Shown: piece by piece, positions 31,042-38,890 of the stretch | Position numbering within the stretch: the first letter of the stretch is position 1 | Layout: each line of letters starts with the position of its first letter | Assembly (NCBI GenBank): GCA_902784685.1 | Contig: CACZWA010000013.1 | Coordinates: forward strand, 1 to 38,890 | Direction: 5' to 3' | Source: an uncultured Ruminococcus sp. | GTDB lineage: Bacteria > Bacillota > Clostridia > RUG12999 | Length of the DNA stretch: 38,890 bases | Made by a program: the position numbers and the translations under genes | Notes under the pieces: model-generated | Told to the model about the DNA's origin: nothing | Databases searched by the model: none | What the model saw: the letters and a program-made list of their open reading frames with translations, nothing else

Positions 31042-32727
31042 TTAGCTTTTAATAAGCTTTATTTTCTTTAGAGCCGCCTCTATTTTATCACCTTTGGGAA
31101 GATTTTTTATTTCTTCCGCAGTAAGAGTTTCCGTTTTAAACAGCATTATAAGATATACTATTCCGCCTGCTCCGACAGACACCGCCGTACAAATTACAGC
31201 CGCTATTCTTGACTGTCCGAGGTAGGCTTCAAGCACTCTGTTTACTATATAAACAGCCGCTCCCATAACCGCAGATGACGACAACGGTTTTAATACCAAA
31301 TCAGAAAAAGTGAAATTCGGCTTTGTTACCTTTACAACGTAGTAAACGTTAAGAGTCATATAAATAAAATAGCAAACAGATGAGCCTATTGCAACGCCGT
31401 TTATGTTTACGCTCGGCACAACCAACAGAAAATAGTTGATTATAACCTTTGTAATTCCCGCAATTGCTATATTTATTACAGGAATAATAACGTTTCCTGT
31501 TGCCTGCAAAATTGCGTTTGTTACAAGAACAAGCGAAACGCATACGATTGCCGGAGTTATAAGCCTTAAAAGGAAAGAGGCATCGTTACTTCCAAACAGA
31601 GTGCGCAGAATAGGGCTCGAAAGAACGCCTATCCCGACCGCACCGGGGAGCGCAAAAGCAATTGTAAGCTTGACAGACATATATGTGGTCTTTGATACCT
31701 CGGAATAATTTTTTGCGGTGTATGCCCTTGCTATCGCAGGCACAAGCGGCAAGCACAGCGCAACCACGATTGCAGGAATAAGGTTAAGCATTGTTATGAC
31801 CTTTGCCGTGTACATACCGTAAAGGCTGTTTACTATAACCGCTGTTTTATCGGCAGCGCCGCTCAAAGAGCCTTCTGCATATTTTACGCAACGGTCAATC
31901 TGCTCCTGCGGAATTTTATCTGCAATAAGCGAAAGTCTTTTTCCTATCTGAAAAACATCGATAAGGTTTGTTATTGTAAACACCGAAGCGCTGACGGTAA
32001 CGGGCAATGCAACGCCCATAAGCCTTGCAAAAACATTTCCGTAAGACGGCGGCGCAAGAGTATTATCGAGTGAGGAATATATTTTTTTGCGTTTTACAAA
32101 AAACATTGCAATAAGAAAAGCACAGCCGAAAATACTTCCTGCGGTAACGCCGCTTATTGCTCCTGCGGCTCCGTAAACAAGCCCTTTTTTAAGAAAAATA
32201 TATGCCATCGCATAACCTAACACAAGCTTTGTTCCGGACTCTATCAGTTCGCTGAACGCTGTCGGGTACATATCGGAAAGCCCCTGAAAAAAGCCCCTGT
32301 AAACGCTCATAACAGCAACAAAAAACAGTGCCGGCGCAACGATTTTTATACATATCGAGTTATCCCCATAGGATTTCACAAACCTGTCTGCTCCAAAGAA
32401 AAGCACGCATGCGCCTGCCACGCCTATAACGGCAAAAATGGCGTAAGATACGCCGTGTATGCGTTTAAGCTCACGGAGATTGCCACGCGCCGTGCTTTCC
32501 GCAATCATTTTTGCAATTGCCACAGGCAAACCTGCCGTTGCAACGGTAAAAAGCCCCGAATATATCGTATATGCGGAGCTGAAATATCCCATGCCTTCGT
32601 TTCCGAGAAGATTGGTAATCGGAATTTTAAAAAGTGCGCCTATAACCTTAACAAGAAGGTTTGCAACAACAAGAATGAGCGAACCTTTAAGCACCGACTG
32701 ACCAAGTTCATTACTGTTTTTTTTCAA
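31042..32727 (-). CDS. MOP-family flippase (SpoVB/YabM-like polysaccharide biosynthesis protein)
   Basis: VKVIGALFKIP...GMGYF...AGLPVAIAK, YRGFFQG..M.PTA.SE..E; many TM helices; upstream of mazG. Confidence 0.9.
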   Translation of the reverse strand: MKKNSNELGQSVLKGSLILVVANLLVKVIGALFKIPITNLLGNEGMGYFSSAYTIYSGLFTVATAGLPVAIAKMIAESTARGNLRELKRIHGVSYAIFAVIGVAGACVLFFGADRFVKSYGDNSICIKIVAPALFFVAVMSVYRGFFQGLSDMYPTAFSELIESGTKLVLGYAMAYIFLKKGLVYGAAGAISGVTAGSIFGCAFLIAMFFVKRKKIYSSLDNTLAPPSYGNVFARLMGVALPVTVSASVFTITNLIDVFQIGKRLSLIADKIPQEQIDRCVKYAEGSLSGAADKTAVIVNSLYGMYTAKVITMLNLIPAIVVALCLPLVPAIARAYTAKNYSEVSKTTYMSVKLTIAFALPGAVGIGVLSSPILRTLFGSNDASFLLRLITPAIVCVSLVLVTNAILQATGNVIIPVINIAIAGITKVIINYFLLVVPSVNINGVAIGSSVCYFIYMTLNVYYVVKVTKPNFTFSDLVLKPLSSSAVMGAAVYIVNRVLEAYLGQSRIAAVICTAVSVGAGGIVYLIMLFKTETLTAEEIKNLPKGDKIEAALKKIKLIKS

Positions 32728-32820
32728 GATGTAACATTCCTTTCCGGCCTATTATAAACCTGCCAGAACAGTGAAATCTGACAAGCCATATAAAAATATA
32801 TGCTTGTCTTATATTTTTTA

Positions 32821-33381
32821 TTACTCTATCGGATTGCCTTCCTTATCGAAAAGCGGAAGCGGAGCAAGATATTTAATATCGCTTCTTCCCTGTGCGTCAC
32901 CCTCTGCAAGCACGCACATTTTACCTGCAACAATGCCGCCTGCATCTTTAACAAGCTGTTCAAGCGCCCTGATAGACTCGCCTGTACTGATAACGTCGTC
33001 TATTATAAGAATTTTCTTTCCTTTTATAAGCTCGGCGTCTTTTCCGTCAAGGTAAAGCATCTGGTCGCCCTCTGTTGTAATGGATTTTACAGCGGCGCTG
33101 AAAATATTTTTCATATAAAGCTTAGCTTTTTTTCTTGCTATAAAGTGCGTTTTTTCGCCAAGCATTTTTGCCATTTCATGAACAAGCGGTATGCCCTTGC
33201 ACTCCGCCGTAAGAATATAATCGTGTTCGGGTGCGATTTTAACAAGCTCTTTTGCGCATGCCTCGGTAAGTTCATAGTCTCCAAGCACGACAAAGCCTGC
33301 AATCTGAAGATTTTCGTTTATCGGGCAAAGCGTAAGCTCCCTTGTCACTCCGCCTATTGTAAGCTGATATGTGGTTTTCAT
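32821..33381 (-). CDS. purine phosphoribosyltransferase family protein (Apt-like)
   Basis: TAECKGIP, IARK, PRPP motif ILIIDDVISTGES; start ATG 33381. Confidence 0.88.
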   Translation of the reverse strand: MKTTYQLTIGGVTRELTLCPINENLQIAGFVVLGDYELTEACAKELVKIAPEHDYILTAECKGIPLVHEMAKMLGEKTHFIARKKAKLYMKNIFSAAVKSITTEGDQMLYLDGKDAELIKGKKILIIDDVISTGESIRALEQLVKDAGGIVAGKMCVLAEGDAQGRSDIKYLAPLPLFDKEGNPIE

Positions 33382-33428
33382 TTCTAACCAGACCTTTCTT
33401 ATGAATTTATAAAAAATCACCGTCTTTT

Positions 33429-33457
33429 ATTATATCTCAAACAGAAAAAAATGTCAA
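33429..33457 (-). promoter_or_regulatory. consensus sigmaA promoter for the PRTase gene
   Basis: TTGACA-17-TATAAT. Confidence 0.85.
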
Positions 33458-33470
33458 TATAAAAAAGGTG

Positions 33471-34040
33471 CTATTTTCGCAATTTTCCTATAACTTCATT
33501 ATGTATATCAATACAGCCGAAATTAATTTTAAGCCCTCTTTTTACAAGAGAATTTATCGTTCTGTCGGTAACTTCAAGAAGGGCCGCGTCAAGGTTTTTA
33601 AACGCCTTTTCACGGCAAGCCGACGTCCAGTCGGCATACTCGTCACGTTCAGGCTCAATCGCATCTGCAATATAGATGATTTTTGTCAGCAGCGACATAT
33701 TTTTTTTGCCGATTGTATGGTAAAAAACAGCGTCAAAAATTTCCTCATCATCAATGCCGTAGTCACCTTTAAGAAGGTAAGCCCCGACCGGTCCGTGCCA
33801 CAAAGTCGGCGACTGCTTTACCGATTCGTCCGCCCCTGTTTTCTCTATAAGAATACCGCTTTTTTCTTTATCCATATTTTTGGCGTTATCGTGCAAAAGC
33901 CCTGCAAGCCTTGCTTTTTTAGCATCTGCTCCCCATTTTTCGGCAAGCTCAACCGCAAGCTTTTCAACGCTTTTTGAGTGGCTGTACCGCTCCGGTTTTA
34001 AACGGCTTTTAAGCTTTCTGTCCATTTCCTCGTAATTCAT
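33471..34040 (-). CDS. yqeK: HD-domain Ap4A hydrolase YqeK
   Basis: RYSHS, GLLHD, WHG, YHT, IADAIEP; follows nadD. Confidence 0.9.
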   Translation of the reverse strand: MNYEEMDRKLKSRLKPERYSHSKSVEKLAVELAEKWGADAKKARLAGLLHDNAKNMDKEKSGILIEKTGADESVKQSPTLWHGPVGAYLLKGDYGIDDEEIFDAVFYHTIGKKNMSLLTKIIYIADAIEPERDEYADWTSACREKAFKNLDAALLEVTDRTINSLVKRGLKINFGCIDIHNEVIGKLRK

Positions 34041-34044
34041 AATC

Positions 34045-34626
34045 TCAAAACCTTTTGTATAAATTGTTTTTTTCTATATATTCCATTACTTTTTCGGGAA
34101 CTTCCTCCTCTGCCTCGCCGTTTCTTATTTCCGTTGAAGAAACTTCCTCAGGCAAAAAATCGAGCACATATATTTCAGCCCCGAAACGCTCAATTTTATC
34201 TTTTACTGCTTTTTCAACCTGCTCTTTTTGCGCAACGCTCCTGCTTCCGACAATAAAAGCACATCTTGTTATGAGCTTGTTCCATTCATGCCATTTTTCA
34301 AAATCAAGCATTGAGTCACCTCCGATGATAAAATACAGCTTATCATCGGGGTACAGCTTTTCAAGCTCCTTTAACGTATCTATCGTATAAGACGGCGTTT
34401 TTCTTGCATACTCAATTTCACAAAGCTCAAAGCCGTACTCCTCTGCCGCAAGAGCCGCCATATTACGCCTGTGAAGCGGATTTGTCATACTTTTTTTATG
34501 CGGCGGATTTGCCGCAGGCATAAGCACAAGCTTGTCAAGCCCGCACCGTCCTATTGCCGCAAGCGCAAGCTTTATATGCCCCATATGAGGCGGGTCGAAG
34601 GTTCCGCCCAAAATACCGATTTTCAT
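34045..34626 (-). CDS. nadD: nicotinate-nucleotide adenylyltransferase
   Basis: GGTFDPPHMGH, PPHK, SYTIDTL, IIGGD, SSTEIR. Confidence 0.96.
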   Translation of the reverse strand: MKIGILGGTFDPPHMGHIKLALAAIGRCGLDKLVLMPAANPPHKKSMTNPLHRRNMAALAAEEYGFELCEIEYARKTPSYTIDTLKELEKLYPDDKLYFIIGGDSMLDFEKWHEWNKLITRCAFIVGSRSVAQKEQVEKAVKDKIERFGAEIYVLDFLPEEVSSTEIRNGEAEEEVPEKVMEYIEKNNLYKRF

Positions 34627-34640
34627 TTCGGCTCAGTCCT

Positions 34641-34934
34641 TTAAATTTCAATTTTCCTGTTTTTGGGGTTTTTTGCCTGTCTGTACATAACAAATTTAAG
34701 CCCTATGCACTGCACCGGCTCTGCGCCGAGCTTTGCCGTACACTCCTCGCAGGCTTCTCTCGCCGAAAGAAGCGCCGTTTCAAGCACCGTCACCTTAACA
34801 AGCTCTCTTGCTTCAAGCAAGTCGTCAAGCTGATTTATTAAATTCTCACCTATGCCGTCCTTGCCTATCTGAAATGCCGGTCTTAACGTGTTTGCCATGG
34901 CACGGAGCTTGGCTCTCTGTTTACTTGTTATCAT
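34641..34934 (-). CDS. yhbY: CRM-domain ribosome assembly RNA-binding protein YhbY
   Basis: TSKQRAKLR...QIGKDG...ELVKV...VQCIG. Confidence 0.95.
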   Translation of the reverse strand: MITSKQRAKLRAMANTLRPAFQIGKDGIGENLINQLDDLLEARELVKVTVLETALLSAREACEECTAKLGAEPVQCIGLKFVMYRQAKNPKNRKIEI

Positions 34935-34948
34935 ATGTTATCACCACT

Positions 34949-36232
<1,284 letters not shown>

Positions 36233-36307
36233 TCACGAAATAAGGGGATGCGACTTTCGTCACAACCCCTTTCGCATCTGATAAATTCAATTAAATTGTT
36301 CGGTAAA

Positions 36308-36595
36308 TCAGTTAGCGGCAACCTCATAAACGCTTACCTGCTTTTTGTCTTTACCGACTCTTTCAAACTTAACTTTACCGGAAACAAGTGCAAACAATGT
36401 ATCATCGCTGCCTTTTTTAACGTTAACTCCGGGATGAATTTTTGTTCCTCTCTGTCTTACAAGAATGTTTCCTGCAAGCACTTCCTGACCGTCGGCCTTT
36501 TTTACGCCAAGTCTTTTGGACTCACTGTCACGGCCGTTCTTTGTGCTGCCGACACCCTTTTTATGAGCAAAGAACTGAATACTAATCTTTAACAT
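36308..36595 (-). CDS. rpmA: 50S ribosomal protein L27 with N-terminal extension
   Basis: MLKISIQFF|[15 protein letters not shown]. Confidence 0.99.
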   Translation of the reverse strand: MLKISIQFFAHKKGVGSTKNGRDSESKRLGVKKADGQEVLAGNILVRQRGTKIHPGVNVKKGSDDTLFALVSGKVKFERVGKDKKQVSVYEVAAN

Positions 36596-36610
36596 CAGTT
36601 ATTCCTCCTT

Positions 36611-36949
36611 TTACACGGTAGTAATATTTAACTTAATATTTTTCGGAAAATCTTTTTCCCATTCCTCCATAAGAATTTTAAAGCCTTTAAGAACAGTATC
36701 TGCAATTTTCCTATCCTCACCTTTAAGTGCGGATATATCGCAAAAAACCGAGTTTTCTTCGTCATCTCTTACGGAAAAACATTCGGTGAAACCCATTTGT
36801 CCGTCAAGGACGGCAATAACTGTCTGCACAGCACCGCTCACAGCGGCGCACACAATATCTTTGCCGCTTTCCGCCGCTCCCGAATGACCCGAAAGCTCAA
36901 AGGAAAGCGCCTCATTTTGTGCGGACAACTTAAAACTTGCCTTTATCAT
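36611..36949 (-). CDS. prp: ribosomal-processing cysteine protease Prp
   Basis: GHSG...DIVCAAVS; located between rplU and rpmA. Confidence 0.93.
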   Translation of the reverse strand: MIKASFKLSAQNEALSFELSGHSGAAESGKDIVCAAVSGAVQTVIAVLDGQMGFTECFSVRDDEENSVFCDISALKGEDRKIADTVLKGFKILMEEWEKDFPKNIKLNITTV

Positions 36950-36972
36950 AAGCTCACCCTTTTGAGGAAACC

Positions 36973-37281
36973 TTAAGCATTGATAGCTTTGATTTCAACT
37001 TTTGAATAGTTCTGTCTGTGACCTTTACGTCTGCGGTAGCCTTTTTTGGGCTTATACTTGAAAATTCTTACCTTTTTGCCCTTAACATCACCAAGAACAA
37101 CAGCCTCAACGCTTGCACCTTTAACTGTTGGAGCGCCAAGCTTTGTGTTTTCTCCGTCAACAACGGCAAGAACATCAAACTTAACGGCAGAATCAGCGTC
37201 TAAACCAAGCTTTTCAACGTAAATTACGTCTCCTACGCTTACGTTATACTGCTTTCCGCCTGTCTCGATAACTGCGTACAT
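36973..37281 (-). CDS. rplU: 50S ribosomal protein L21
   Basis: MYAVIETGGKQY...GHRQ. Confidence 0.99.
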   Translation of the reverse strand: MYAVIETGGKQYNVSVGDVIYVEKLGLDADSAVKFDVLAVVDGENTKLGAPTVKGASVEAVVLGDVKGKKVRIFKYKPKKGYRRRKGHRQNYSKVEIKAINA

Positions 37282-37288
37282 TCAAATT

Positions 37289-37366
37289 ACACCTCCACTA
37301 TCAATCTCGCCGGTACTGCAGGTAAACGGCAAAACCGTTATTTAAAACCCGACCCGTGCGGTTACC
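37289..37366 (-). ncRNA. ribosomal protein L21 leader
   Basis: ACCGCAC...CGGGT...TACCTG...GGCGAG...GGAGGTG directly upstream of rplU. Confidence 0.75.
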
Positions 37367-37465
37367 ATTTATTATATCATATACGCAAGGCACTAAACGT
37401 GCCGAAGCGCTATGAAACAATAAAAATTTCCATATGGCAACGCCATTTTTACATGGAACATACTC

Positions 37466-37494
37466 ATTATATCACAGTTTTTTCCTTTTGTCAA
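37466..37494 (-). promoter_or_regulatory. consensus sigmaA promoter upstream of rplU operon
   Basis: TTGACA-17-TATAAT with TGn extension. Confidence 0.8.
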
Positions 37495-37543
37495 GTACCA
37501 AAAACCGCTTTTTGCAAAGATTTTACATTTTATAACATTCTTT

Positions 37544-37570
37544 CGGGACGATGTGGGCATCGTCCCCTAC
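37544..37570 (-). repeat. GTAG-type REP-like palindrome
   Basis: GTAG-GGGACGATG-CCCA-CATCGTCCC-G. Confidence 0.7.
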
Positions 37571-37623
37571 GCCGTCACAAATCGCCCATACAACAAATAT
37601 TATCTTATTACCATCATTTTACA

Positions 37624-37648
37624 TTTTGAATTTTGAATTTTGAATTTT
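37624..37648 (+). repeat. heptamer tandem repeat
   Basis: TTTTGAA x3 + TTTT. Confidence 0.8.
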
Positions 37649-37741
37649 CCATTTAATAACTCCGCTCTCCACACTTAACTCCCCTCGCCTATCGGCAAGT
37701 GCGCCCTTTCACTACGCCGCCCAAACCGATTTTTGCAAAGC

Positions 37742-38465
37742 TCAGGCTTTAATTCCAAAGGTTGCTTTAAGCTGGCAAACGTTTGACGGACCTATTATCG
37801 GAAAAACCTCAAAACCGCTGCTCTCCACAAGCATTTTAAGAGCGGCATGCGAAATTGTATCTCCGCTTTTTTCGGCGCTTTCCTTAATTTTTTTGTACAT
37901 TTCTATGCTTGCCTCGTTAAGATAGCGGTCTTTTGCTTTTTCCGAAAGCGTTCCTTCATCATATTTTTCAAAAAAGCCAAACTCTTGTCCTTGTCGCAAG
38001 ATTATACAGTGCCTGGCTTGCAAAAAAGCCCTCCTGTCCGCTTTCCGCCGCATATGAATTTGCCTCGGCAATTCTGTCATACGTCCAGTTGGAAGCGCCG
38101 AAAAAGCGTACCTTCCCCTTCTTTTTCATAAGATTAAGCGTATCTATTATCGGCATTACGGGAAGAGAAACATCGTCTCTGTGAAGCCAGATTATATCAA
38201 TATAATCAGTGCCGAGCGCTTTAAGGCTTGCGTCAATATCCGCTTCAATACTTTCTCTGTCTAATCTGCTATGCTTCATATTATCAGCCGGAGGGTGAGC
38301 GCATTTTGTTGATATAATAATCTTATCCCTCTTGCCTTGCACAAACCTTCCGACAAGCTCCTCGCTTTTACCGCCGCAATAGCTCCGTGCCGTATCAATC
38401 ACGTTTCCGCCCATAGATACATACATTTCCATAATTTTAAGAGCCGTTTTTTTGTCTATTCTGCG
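37742..38465 (-). pseudogene. aldo/keto reductase, 5'-truncated and internally deleted/frameshifted
   Basis: GGNVIDTARSY, ISTK, SLKALGTDYIDIIWLH, GKVRFFGASNW in one frame; GFFEK...PIIGPSN..QL in another. The N-terminal LGT motif and the SS/A segment are absent. Confidence 0.82.
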
Positions 38466-38616
38466 CATGATATGGGTCGTTTGCGCCGATGTGCCATTAT
38501 CAGCGGCAGGCTCGTCAGTGTGTCATGGCTCTGTTTTTGTGGCAGATTATACAAATACTGCACAGACATCGGCTCCGCGCAAATTGCTGCCGATATGAAA
38601 ACGGCGGACCTTTTAA

Positions 38617-38890
38617 CCTCATTCAGTTGAAGGTGATGTCCTTTCGGCTGTGGGAATCATGGGAGGGCTTGTCCTATGTAACTTCGCTATCAATATGACC
38701 GCTGTGTGGGTGAAGAATATCCTTGGTGTTCGTGCTCAGAACCGAATGCAGAGACGTATGCTTGACCGTATCTTGCGTTCTGAGTGGCATGGTAAGGAAA
38801 GCCTTCATAGCGGAGATGTCATAAATCGTCTTGAACAGGACGTGAATCAGGTGGTAGTGTTCCTTACGGAGACTCTTCCGAGTACGCTAT
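38617..38890 (+). CDS. internal fragment of an ABC exporter transmembrane domain (no start, runs off window)
   Basis: Open frame HSVEGDVLSAVGIMGGLVLCNFAINMTAVWVKNILGVRAQNRMQRRMLDRILRSEWHGKESLHSGDVINRLEQDVNQVVVFLTETLPSTL; in-frame TAA at 38614. Confidence 0.75.

Noticed and set aside
36308-37281. L27 extension plus Prp protease as a novelty
   Set aside because: Well-described Firmicute arrangement
37968-37985. Programmed frameshift at the U-run in the AKR gene
   Set aside because: Shifting frame would not restore the missing segment, and the gene also lacks its 5' end

Overview
Mostly core chromosome of a low-GC Gram-positive anaerobe (Clostridia-like: sigmaA promoters, alpha2 GlyRS, extended L27 with Prp, L20/L21 leaders). 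It holds pgk-tpiA-gpmI plus pyruvate:ferredoxin oxidoreductase, metG-alkD-acpP, a lysine-riboswitch-controlled NhaC-family transporter, infC-rpmI-rplT, a trkA-trkH operon, argCJBD with ARG boxes, glyQS plus an orphan CapD-type dehydratase, a PRTase-flippase-mazG-yabO block and rplU-prp-rpmA-obgE-yhbY-nadD-yqeK. No rRNA, tRNA, CRISPR array, intact transposase or prophage was seen, and no clear large novel system. The main accessory features are: (1) an AT-rich two-gene cassette with a secreted CHAP-like / ricin-lectin multidomain protein and a divergent XRE regulator with candidate operators; (2) a 110-bp MITE-like insertion flanked by an exact 26-bp duplication of a terminator; (3) an IS481-like left-end remnant abutting a truncated gene; (4) two genes broken by internal deletion plus frameshift; (5) a patchwork right end that looks chimeric; (6) a structured leader upstream of pgk. 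All family assignments come from motif recognition, not database searches.
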